From Centroscyllium fabricii (taxonomy: Eukaryota), in the NCBI GenBank assembly GCA_051313645.2, contig JBNRSN020000012.1:52824001-52888000 (forward strand): a stretch of 64,000 nucleotides of DNA, read 5' to 3'. A model generated the notes under the pieces. The model was not told the DNA's origin. It searched no databases and saw only the letters and a list, made by a program, of their open reading frames with translations. Positions within the stretch are counted from its first letter, which is position 1. Every line of letters begins with the position of its first letter. Shown piece after piece: positions 35,603 to 45,494 of the stretch. The position numbers and the translations under genes were made by a program.

Positions 35603-37122
35603 TGTCTAGGTTAGAAGGTAGAGGGGTGATCTAACCAAGGGGTTTAAAATAATAAAGGAATTTGATAGGATAGATAAACTATTTCATCTGGTGGGGGGGA
35701 ATCCAGAACAAAATTTGAATTAGGCCAGTTAGGAATGAAATGAGGAAGCATTCTTTACACACAAAGACTAGTGGAACTCTCTCCTCCAAAAGGCTGTGGA
35801 TGCTGGATCAACTGAAAATGTTCTTGAATGAGATCAATAGATTTTTGTTAGGTAAGGGTATCCAGGGATATGGGGAAAATGCAGGTAAATGGAGCAGAGG
35901 TGCAGATCAGTGATGGTCGAACAGAATGGCGGAACAGATTCAAGGGACTGAATTGCCACTCCTGTTACCACGTTCCTATAACAAAATCCATACTCGAAAT
36001 CTTGGCAATCAAGTATTAACTATGTCGATAACAATTTTGATTAAAATGCTCCACCATACGTCAGTAGAAGATACTGAGCAGCAACTCACAAAATAAAGCT
36101 TGCAATCTGTATTACACACGTCAACATGCCCATTGAGAGAACATGGAAGAGGGGTGGGGGGGGCGCGAAGGAACAATGAGAATTATTTTACATCACTTCT
36201 TGCGTCAGCAGTTGAAAACTGTAATTGTTATATTTAGTTTTCACCTGCCCAGTTCCAGCAGACTTTGCCATTAAATGTGCACAGCAAGAACCACAGCATA
36301 CAAACACAAGGATAAAACAAATTCTCAAATAGAGGTTGATAAAGGACTGAAATTACTGGCAAGTGCGCCAGAAATAGCTTACTATTACAGAAGTTGCATG
36401 AACGAATCACTATTATGCAGCACAAATGAAATGTATTTATTCAAGGGGACAAAAGCAAACCCGACAGACTACTTTTACTAATTCTCACACAACAAATTTC
36501 ATGCAAAACAGGTGTCAACTTGTTGAGGGGTTCCTTCTCTCATTCACTTGCTATTTGAAATCAAATTTAAGAAGTATTGGTTAATCAACAGAAAATATTG
36601 TGTCATTGGGCTCATCTATATTTCATTCTTTTTCTTTTCTTAAATCACCATCTGCCAATAGGAATTCAATGGCCAACAGGGTGGGTGGGCACTCTGATCC
36701 ACAGCCTCTGATGACACTGCTGTTGAACCAACCACTAGAATGCAAAATAACGAGGAAAAACTGCAAATGCTGGAAATCTTAAAATTAAAATAACAGTAAA
36801 GTGGGTTGAGTAACCCAAGAGATTTCATTCTAATCTTACCAGGAAGCACCGATTCTGCTCACTGTTTCTCCCACCAGCTATTCAAATCAGAAATACTCCT
36901 CAAGTCATAGATTTCAATGCTTTTCCTGCTGTCCCATGTACAAAAAGGCTGCAAGGGATACTTTTTGTTCCAAGCATTTCCTCTTTTTGTAGGGAAAAAA
37001 GTCTCATGACATTTTTTTTATATTGTCAATTTTCTTGTCGATATGAAGACCATCGTTTTGCACCATTATCAAAATAACGGACTGAAGAATGTCATATGAA
37101 CACGTTAACATATTAGTTGATA

Positions 37123-37413
37123 CAGGTTGAGCACCGTTAATCCGGCACGGTCGGGACCAGGCCCGCGCCGGATTACTGAAAATGCCGAATGAGTGAAGCT
37201 TTGGCGAGCGAAGCATCAATCATTCGGGGAGGCCTGGGCATGCGCAGCCAAGCGCGGCGGCTATTTCGCGCATGCGCAGACCAGTCCGGCAGTCGGGGAG
37301 AGGCCCGCAAGCGTGGCGGCCATTTCGTGCATGCGCAGACCAGTCGGCCGGATTCGTTCTGGACGACTGAAGTTAGCGGATTACTGGTGTCCGGATTAAC
37401 GGTGCTCAACCTG
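37123..37413. mobile_element. Tigger/pogo-like MITE, copy D
   Basis: TA TSD; TIRs CAGGTTGAGCACCGTTAATCCGG...CCGGATTAACGGTGCTCAACCTG. Confidence 0.92.
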
Positions 37414-37452
37414 TAATAGACGAGCAGTTATTTATTGTTTAAAAGTTGTCTT

Positions 37453-39350
37453 TGTGGCGACACGCCCACCAGAACCATCGAATCCGCCTCGGGAGTGCTG
37501 CGAGACGGCCCCGCCCGCCGGGCGGCGTGATGACGTCGCCGGGTGGACACCCGGCAGTGACGTCACCAACCGCGGGACCTTTAAATACCTGGGCTCCAGG
37601 TGGTTCAGTCTCTTTCTCCACCTGGCCCTAGCTGAGTTAACAATAAATGATAACTTTCCGAATCTTCTGTGTCCAGTGTGGTTCTTCAGCCCTGCATGCC
37701 TCTACAGTGGTGACCTCGATACTTGGAACGAATTCCAAGGGAACAATGAAGCAGTCGGTGCAGGACTGAGGGCCAAGCTGCCTCAGTTGAATCGCAACCA
37801 CCATGCCAGCAGGGATCGAAACAGCACGCCACCACAGACGGGGCCAGCACTTCGGCCAAATCCCAAACCTACCTGAGTTCTGGGAACTCCGTCCAGCGGC
37901 CTGGTTCCTCAACACGGAGAACACCTACCGCATCTATGGCGTGCAGGGGGACGATCGTTACAGCCTGCTCTTCGCGGCCCTTTCGAAGCCCACAATCGAC
38001 CGAATGTGGGGCTCCATCCAGCAAGAACCAACTGCTGGCAGGTATGAAACGCTTAAGGCCGCGCTGCTAGAAAAATTTACCCCCACCATATTTGAGCACG
38101 ACTGCCAGCTCATCAACCTCCCCGACCTAGGGGACGCAGACCCATCCGACCTTTGGGCCCAATTTGAAGCGCTTAACTGCGACCCGGCCACCATTAAGCG
38201 CGCCTTGTACCTCCTTAAACTGCCCCCCTCCGTCAGACCGGCTCTGACGGTCCTGGAGCACTACTCCAACAAGCAACTGGCTCAGGAGGCCGACAAGCTG
38301 ATGCGGGCCGAGCGCACCCGAGCCGCCACGCGCCAAACCACGGCCGCTCCACCGGAGCAGCACTACGCGCACCCCAGGCCCCAACCCAGAGCGGTGCGGA
38401 CCCACAAAAAACCACGCACTACGGGCCCAGGCTGGTGCTACTACCACACCAGGTTCGAAGCCAAAGCGCAGCGCTGCGTCCAGCCCTGCACCTTCCAACC
38501 CCAAACCAGCCCAAGCCCCACCATGTCCGTAGGCCGCTCCGGAGCACTGCTCTTCGTCACGGACAGTAGCTCAGGCCTCCGCTTTCTCTGCAACACAGGC
38601 GCGCAGCACAGCATTGTGCCAGCCTCCCCGCAGAAACCAAGCAAGGCACCCAAGGCCCACCACTCGAAGCCGCAAACGGCTCCGAGATTGTTACGTTCGG
38701 CACCCGCCAGCTTACCATCAAGCTAGCAGGCCACACGTACAAGTGGGACTTCATCACAGCACAAGTCAAAATACCCCTACTCGGGGCCGACTTTCTGTGC
38801 GCCCACGGCCTACTGGTCGACGTTACCCGACGCCGCCTGGTCGACATCCACAACATGTCGACCATCCCACGCTCCAACGCAGAACAAGGAGCAGCGCACG
38901 ACACGTGCTGGCCGCATCATCAGGCCACCTCAACGCCTTGCCTGAGACGACACGTGCGGACCGCATCATCAGGCCAACTCAACACCCCGCCTGAGACTCA
39001 ACTTTTATTCTCCCTTTTTTTATTTTTACTTTATGCTCCCTTCTCTTCTAGGTCCAGCTCCGCTCTCCCTCACGGATTCTGGGGGGGGGGGAGCTGTGTG
39101 GCGACACGCCCACCAGAACCATCGAATCCGCCTCGGGAGTGCTGCGAGACGGCCCCGCCCGCCGGGCAGCGTGATGACGTCGCCAGGTGGACACCCGGCA
39201 GTGACGTCACCAACCGCGGGACCTTTAAATACCTGGGCTCCAGGTGGTTCAGTCTCTTTCTCCACCTGGCCCTAGCTGAGTTAACAATAAATGATAACTT
39301 TCCGAATCTTCTGTGTCCAGTGTGGTTCTTCGGCCCTGCATGCCTCTACA
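37453..39350 (+). mobile_element. Short non-autonomous Gypsy (CsRn1-like): gag plus protease only
   Basis: 254-bp LTRs 37453-37706 and 39097-39350 (3 differences); TSD TCTT; PBS TGGTGACCTCGA (tRNA-Trp-like); G-run PPT; no RT, RNase H or integrase. Confidence 0.92.
37803..38850 (+). CDS. gag: CsRn1-like Gag with CHCC motif plus frameshifted protease
   Basis: LPEFWELRPAAWF, WCYYHTRFEAKAQRCVQPC, LFVTD..RFLCNTGA; after a frameshift AANGSEI..LLGADFL. Confidence 0.82.
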
Positions 39351-39799
39351 TCTTATTCTATTAGTTTCACTTTCTCTTTGTGAACTTAAAGCCCCACAAG
39401 CCTCAGATTAGACTACTTCCCAATTATCAGATTGTCTTCTGACCTCATTACATGCGCATTTCAACAATCATTGCTGTTCACAATAAATGATTTGGAGCTG
39501 GAGACAGAAACAAGCTAAAATTATGCCAAATCTGGGAGGTGGGTTAGGGGTTCAAACAATTAGGTATTGGGGATAATTTACTGAAACCCAAATCACACTG
39601 TGCAGTAACAGTAGGGAAAGTTATTCATATCTTGGGATGTATCAGAGAAAAATGCAGCACAAATCCCAGGAGGTCATAGAGTACATACAAGGCAGATGTA
39701 CGGCCACACATGGAGTACTGTGTACAAATCGAATCCCCATACTACAACAAGTACTTTTAGGAATTGGAGTCAGTGCAGAAAAGGGAAACTAAACCGATA

Positions 39800-40140
39800 C
39801 AAAAGCAAAATGCTGCAATGCTGGAAATCTGAAATAAAAACAGAAAATGCTGGAAATACTCAGCAAGCCAGGCAGCATCTGTGGAGAGTGAAACAGTGTT
39901 AACGTTTCAGGTCGATGACCTTTCGGCAGAACTGAAAAAAGTTAAGAGATGTAACAGGTTTTAAGCAAGTGCAGGGGCGGGGAGGAAAGAACAAAAGGAA
40001 AGGTCTGTGATAGGATGGAAGGCAGGAGAGATTAAACAACCAAAGGTATGATAGTACAAAGCAAAAGGAGATGGAAATGGGACAAGTAAATAAACAAAAG
40101 GTGAGTCAAGAAGAGATGTAATTGGCAATAGCAGAATCAT
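39800..40140 (-). mobile_element. Penelope-like tail fragment
   Basis: Similar to 19280-19620; hammerhead core mutated (CTGCCGA). Confidence 0.7.
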
Positions 40141-40569
40141 TAAAATAAATTAAATGGATACCTAGTTTAAGGAATGCAAACTATAAAGACAGTTTGAAGA
40201 GCCTAACACAATTTACTGTGGAGAAAAGTCTTGGGAGAAATATTATTCAAGATTCTATGGGTATAGATGAATTGAACCCTGATATTATGTGTGATAAACG
40301 TGTATATCACTGTATATAGCTAATCACCATGTAACCCATACCTGTAATGTATTCCACTGTGATACCTGGAACATACCTGGCTCCGCCCACGACTCCTCCC
40401 CCACTGGAGGAGGTATATAAGTGACTGCCCCCATCCCCCATGTCATTCTAGGGGACAGTCAGCTTGCTGGTGTGCAATCTTACTGTAGTCAATAAAAGCC
40501 TGATTGTTCTAATCTACTACACGACTCCGTGGACGTTATTGAAGGTTACAATTTTATTGACTACTGAAA

Positions 40570-41529
40570 ATGGATACCACAATGCTTAAACCAGCAGTGT
40601 TCGAAGTTGATCCCCGATCTTCAGGAGCAGCAAACGCCTTCTCGCACTGGCGAAACGTGCTCGAAGGGTACATCAGAGCCAACGCGGCGGTCATAGTGAC
40701 CGAGGAGCAAAAACGTCGACTCTTCAACGCCCGGGTGGGCCCTCAAGTGTACTCGATGACAGTGGACGCCCCATCGTTCCAAGAGGCCATCAGGCTCCTC
40801 GAGGCGGAATATAAGCGGGCACCGAACATAGTCCACGCGAGACATATACTCGCTACCAGAAAGCAGCAAAATAATGAATCGAGTGTGCAGTTCCTAAGAG
40901 CCCTCAGAACTCTGGCACGGGACTGTGATTGCAAAGCGCAAACGGCTCAAGTTCATATGGAGAGCCTCATCAGAGACGCCTATGTAACTGGTCTAAAATC
41001 GGACTATGCCAGGCAGAGACTGCTGGAGCAGAACGGCCAGGACTTACAGGCGACCACAGACTTGGGGCACGCGCTGGATAGCGCTTCAACGGACTTATCA
41101 TCATATTCAAGTAATTATACAGGCCCAGCCCCGCAAACTTGGACAGCGCTGGCGCAACGACCGGCAGAAGAACTACTCACAGCTGCCCACGCTAAAGCTA
41201 GATGTTACTTTTGTGGACAACCTCAACACTCAAGACGCAGCTGCCCGGCTAGAGAAGCGACCTGCTCAAAATGCGACAAAAAGGGACATTATTCAAAGGT
41301 CTGTAAAAACACTAGCTTTAAATCTAAACTGGGCAGCGCTGCGTGTGGAACAGGGGAGCAGCCACATTGGGCTCACCCATCCCCCACTCAGCAGCCCTCG
41401 TGGCAGCAGCAGCAACAGCGGCCATCTTGGACCCAGCCTCCACAGCCCAACACATGGCGGCAGCCATCTTGGGGAGCAGACTTGGAGGACTACTCTCCGG
41501 TCAAGATAACTCGGAGGACCCTGTGCTAG
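40570..41529 (+). CDS. gag: Gypsy B Gag
   Basis: 319-aa ORF with CYFCGQPQHSRRSC and CSKCDKKGHYSKVC knuckles; homologous to Gypsy A Gag. Confidence 0.92.
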   Translation: MDTTMLKPAVFEVDPRSSGAANAFSHWRNVLEGYIRANAAVIVTEEQKRRLFNARVGPQVYSMTVDAPSFQEAIRLLEAEYKRAPNIVHARHILATRKQQNNESSVQFLRALRTLARDCDCKAQTAQVHMESLIRDAYVTGLKSDYARQRLLEQNGQDLQATTDLGHALDSASTDLSSYSSNYTGPAPQTWTALAQRPAEELLTAAHAKARCYFCGQPQHSRRSCPAREATCSKCDKKGHYSKVCKNTSFKSKLGSAACGTGEQPHWAHPSPTQQPSWQQQQQRPSWTQPPQPNTWRQPSWGADLEDYSPVKITRRTLC

Positions 41530-44513
41530 CATCTATGAGCCTAGACCAGAGGAAGATTCAACCACTGGAGAAATCGATGATGCCGGTGGAAGTCAACGGT
41601 GAAGAGGTGGTGTGCCTGTTCGACAGTGGGAGCACAGTAAGTTTTGTTCACCAAAATACCGTAAAGCGCCTCTCCCTTAAAGTAATCCCTGCGCGCCAGA
41701 GAATATCTATGGCGTCCAAGTCAGAATCCGCTGACGTCACCGGGCGCTGTATTGTAACGCTTAAAGTACAGGGCGCAATGTTTAATGATTTTAGTTTTTA
41801 CGTGCTGCCGCAGCTCTGCGCCCCCCTACTCCTGGGACTGGATTTTCAGTGCCACCTTCAGAGCGTTACTATGGCATTCGGCGGACCCCTTCCCTCACTC
41901 ACGGTCAGAAACCGCGGCTCAAGGCGGTACCCACAGTACACTACCTGTGGCCTCTCGACCCTTAAGGTTGCCCCTCCATCTCTCTTTGCCAACCTCACCC
42001 CAGACTGTAAGCCCGTCGCCACCAAAAGTAGGCGCTACAGTGCTGGGGACATGGTATTTATAAAATCTGAGGTGCAGCGCCTCCTAAAAGAGGGGGTCAT
42101 AGAGGCCAGTAATAGCCCCTGGAGAGCACGGGTAGTGGTAGTAAAAACCGGAGAGAAGAATAGGATGGTGGTGGATTACAGCCAGACCATAAACCGGTTC
42201 ACCCAACTAGATGCCTACCCCCTCCCCCGGATAGCGGACATGGTGAACCAAATCGCCCAATTTAAAGTGTACTCCACAATTGATTTAAAATCGGCTTATC
42301 ACCAGCTTCCCATTCGCCCAGAGGACCGTCCTTATACAGCCTTTGAGGCTGACGGCCGCCTCTACCACTTCCTTAGGGTTCCGTTTGGCGTCACGAACGG
42401 GGTCTCGGTCTTCCAGAGGGAGATGGACCGAATGGTTGATCGGTACGGGCTGCGAGCCACTTTCCCGTACCTTGATAATGTGACCATCTGCGGCCACGAT
42501 CAGCAGGTCAATAACGCCAATCTCCAAAAATTTCTCCACACGGCCAAAACCCTGAACCTAACATATAATAAGGAGAAATGTGTGTTTAGCACCACCCGCC
42601 TGGCCATCCTCGGCAGCGTGGTGGAGAATGGAGTCATCGGTCCAGACCCGGACCGCATGCGCCCCCTCATGGAGCTTCCCCTCCCCCACTCCCCCAAAGC
42701 CCTTAAACGGTGTTTGGGATTTTTTGCTTATTATGCTCAGTGGGTCCCCAATTGTGCGGACAAAGCTCGCCCACTACTTAAATCGACCTCTTTCCCACTT
42801 TCTGCAGAAGCCAACTCGGCATTCTGCAGAATTAAAAACGACATTGCCAAAGCCACGATGCACGCTGTGGATGAGTCCGTCCCATTCCAAGTGGAAAGTG
42901 ATGCATCGGACTTTGCCCTGGCCACCACCCTTAACCAGGCGGGCAGACCCGTGGCCTTCTTTTCACGTACTCTCCAAGGCCCCGAAACCCGCCATTCCTC
43001 AGTCGAAAAGGAGGCCCAGGCCATTGTTGAAGCAGTGCGGCACTGGAAGCACTACCTGGCCGGCAAACGTTTTACCCTGTTGACTGACCAACGATCAGTC
43101 GCATTCATGTTTAATAACAAAGAACGGGGTAAAATAAAGAACGACAAGATATTAAGGTGGAGAATTGAACTATCTGCGTTCAATTATATCATCTTGTACC
43201 GGCCCGGGATATTTAACGAACCCCCAGATGCCCTATCCCGCGGTACCTGTGCCAGCGCACAGGCTGACCGTCTCCAAACTCTCCACAACGACCTCTGCCA
43301 CCCGGGGGTCACCAGGTTGGTTCACTTTGTGAAGTCCCGCAACCTCCCCTACTCCATCGAGGAGGTCAAGACCCTGACCAGCAATTGCCAGGTCTGCGCG
43401 GAGTGCAAGCCGCACTTCTACCGGCCAGACCGGGCGCACTTGATCAAGGCCACTCGCCCCTTTGAACGACACAGCGTCGATTTTAAAGGGCCCCTTCCCT
43501 CATCTAATAGGAATGTGTACTTCCTTAACGTAATAGATGAGTACTCTCACTTCCCCTTCGCCATTCCCTGCCAGGACATGACCTCCGCCACCGTCATCAA
43601 AGCCCTTAATAGCATCTTCTCCCTGTTCGGGTACCCCAACTATATCCATAGTGACCGGGGGGCCTCTTTTATGAGCGACGAGCTGCGTCAGTTTCTGCTA
43701 GCCAAAGGCATCGCGACTAGCAGGACTACCAGCTACAACCCCCGGGGGAACGGACAGGTAGAGAGAGAGAACGCCACGGTATGGAAAGCCATCCAGTTAG
43801 CCCTACGGTCTAAAGACCTCCCAGTCACCCGATGGCAGGACGTTCTCCCTGAAGCCCTCCACTCTATTCGGTCCCTCCTGTGTACTGCCACCAATGCCAC
43901 CCCTCACGAACGACTTTTTGCCTTCCCTAGGAAGTCAGCTTCCGGGACCTCGCTACCATCGTGGCTACTATCTCTGGGACCGGTCCTGCTTCGGAAGCAT
44001 GTGAGGGGACACAAGGCAGATCCCCTAGTCGAACGGGTCCACCTCCTGCACGCCAATCCCCAGTACGCTTACATAGCGTACCCCGATGGGAGGGAGGACA
44101 CCGTGTCCATAAAGGACCTAGCCCCAGCAGGAGTCCCAAAACCCAGCCCCGCCAGGCAGCCCGAGATCCCAAGAAGCCCCATGCCGCCAAAGCCGAAGTA
44201 CCCGCCCCGACACGTGGCCCCAGTACCCCAGTATGTTCACAAGGCACCTGCGAGCAGCACGACCGCGCCCCAAGCTTGGATCCACAGCGCGCGCCCCCTA
44301 GAGTCAGAGGACGAAGGAGAGAACGCGCCCCCTGCTGTCAGAATAAGGGCACCACCGCCACACAGAAATAATACAACAACCACCACTAGTCGACCGGCAT
44401 CAATGGAGCAACCGACACAACCAGCCGCTCCACGACCACGAACACCACAGGCACCACCAGCGGTGCGAAGATCAACGCGGACAACGAAACCGCCTGATAG
44501 ATTAAACTTGTAA
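41343..44513 (+). CDS. pol: Gypsy B Pol (protease, RT YLDN, RNase H, integrase), open frame at -1 to gag
   Basis: Uninterrupted 1056 codons: LFDSGS, PFGVTNG, YLDNVTICG, ESDAS/TD/PDALSR, H-H-C-C, VDFKG/SDRG/QVERE. True entry point uncertain. Confidence 0.93.
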   Translation: MWNRGAATLGSPIPHSAALVAAAATAAILDPASTAQHMAAAILGSRLGGLLSGQDNSEDPVLASMSLDQRKIQPLEKSMMPVEVNGEEVVCLFDSGSTVSFVHQNTVKRLSLKVIPARQRISMASKSESADVTGRCIVTLKVQGAMFNDFSFYVLPQLCAPLLLGLDFQCHLQSVTMAFGGPLPSLTVRNRGSRRYPQYTTCGLSTLKVAPPSLFANLTPDCKPVATKSRRYSAGDMVFIKSEVQRLLKEGVIEASNSPWRARVVVVKTGEKNRMVVDYSQTINRFTQLDAYPLPRIADMVNQIAQFKVYSTIDLKSAYHQLPIRPEDRPYTAFEADGRLYHFLRVPFGVTNGVSVFQREMDRMVDRYGLRATFPYLDNVTICGHDQQVNNANLQKFLHTAKTLNLTYNKEKCVFSTTRLAILGSVVENGVIGPDPDRMRPLMELPLPHSPKALKRCLGFFAYYAQWVPNCADKARPLLKSTSFPLSAEANSAFCRIKNDIAKATMHAVDESVPFQVESDASDFALATTLNQAGRPVAFFSRTLQGPETRHSSVEKEAQAIVEAVRHWKHYLAGKRFTLLTDQRSVAFMFNNKERGKIKNDKILRWRIELSAFNYIILYRPGIFNEPPDALSRGTCASAQADRLQTLHNDLCHPGVTRLVHFVKSRNLPYSIEEVKTLTSNCQVCAECKPHFYRPDRAHLIKATRPFERHSVDFKGPLPSSNRNVYFLNVIDEYSHFPFAIPCQDMTSATVIKALNSIFSLFGYPNYIHSDRGASFMSDELRQFLLAKGIATSRTTSYNPRGNGQVERENATVWKAIQLALRSKDLPVTRWQDVLPEALHSIRSLLCTATNATPHERLFAFPRKSASGTSLPSWLLSLGPVLLRKHVRGHKADPLVERVHLLHANPQYAYIAYPDGREDTVSIKDLAPAGVPKPSPARQPEIPRSPMPPKPKYPPRHVAPVPQYVHKAPASSTTAPQAWIHSARPLESEDEGENAPPAVRIRAPPPHRNNTTTTTSRPASMEQPTQPAAPRPRTPQAPPAVRRSTRTTKPPDRLNL

Positions 44514-45089
44514 TCATAAGAACTGCGTTTGTAATATATATTTTTTTCTGATCATCTTTGTAATTGTTAGTCTTTCACCCCGCTGTATTTTCGTTCTTAA
44601 AGAAGGGGTGAATGTGATAAACGTGTATATCACTGTATATAGCTAATCACCATGTAACCCATACCTGTAATGTATTCCACTGTGATACCTGGAACATACC
44701 TGGCTCCGCCCATGACTCCTCCCCCGCTGGAGGAGGTATATAAGTGACTGCCCCCATCCCCCATGTCATTCTAGGGGACAGTCAGCTTGCTGGTGTGCAA
44801 TCTTACTGTAGTCAATAAAAGCCTGATTGTTCTAATCTACTACACGACTCCGTGGACGTTATTGAAGGTTACATTATGTTCGAGATTGCCACATATTCTA
44901 GAACCAAGGACACGGGCTCAAGTTTAAAAATGGGAAACTGCACACACAGTTCAGATTTATCTACTTTACACAGATGTTAGTGAACATCTGTAATGGTCTA
45001 CCTAGGGAAGTAGTGGAGGCAGATAGAGATGCCAGATGGACAAGTCTTTTCTGTTCATGTACTTTCCTGTGTAAAACCCTTCAACACCA

Positions 45090-45252
45090 GGGGTGAAATT
45101 CAGCATGGGCAGGGGTGCAAAACGGGCATTCACGATCCAGCCACCAGTTATGCAGCCCATGACTTCAACAAAAAAATCAGGCGGGGTGTATAACGGCCGG
45201 TTGATCCACTACTGCCCATTTTACGCCCCCACCCAATTTGAAGTTTCACCCT
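45090..45252. mobile_element. Small Harbinger-like MITE remnant
   Basis: GGGGTGAAATT ... AGTTTCACCC termini. Confidence 0.4.
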
Positions 45253-45494
45253 TTAACCCCAGCATGTTTGAACTCTGCAGGCACCCAATCAGTTCAATTA
45301 ATTAGTTAGTTATTTTGAATGGTTGATTAATTACTGCAGGTCATAATCATGAGAATTTTAGTTTGTTGGATAATGAAGAACATCCATGGATATACACTTC
45401 TTTTCTGGTCCTGTACAGTCACATGTATCTAATGTATCAATTTCAATGGTAATGGAAAAATGATGTATAAATTTGATGCTGCATAAAATTTTTG

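Larger units (their letters stand above)
40290..44873 (+). mobile_element. Gypsy LTR retrotransposon B (full length, young)
   Basis: 261-bp LTRs 40290-40550 and 44613-44873 with 2 differences; 5-bp TSD TTATG; PPT AAAGAAGGGGTGAA; TATA at 40414; AATAAA at 40491. Confidence 0.97.

Noticed and set aside
41317-41325. TTTAAAT as a -1 slippery site for Gypsy B
   Set aside because: Wrong phase relative to gag codons, and followed at once by stops in the -1 frame.
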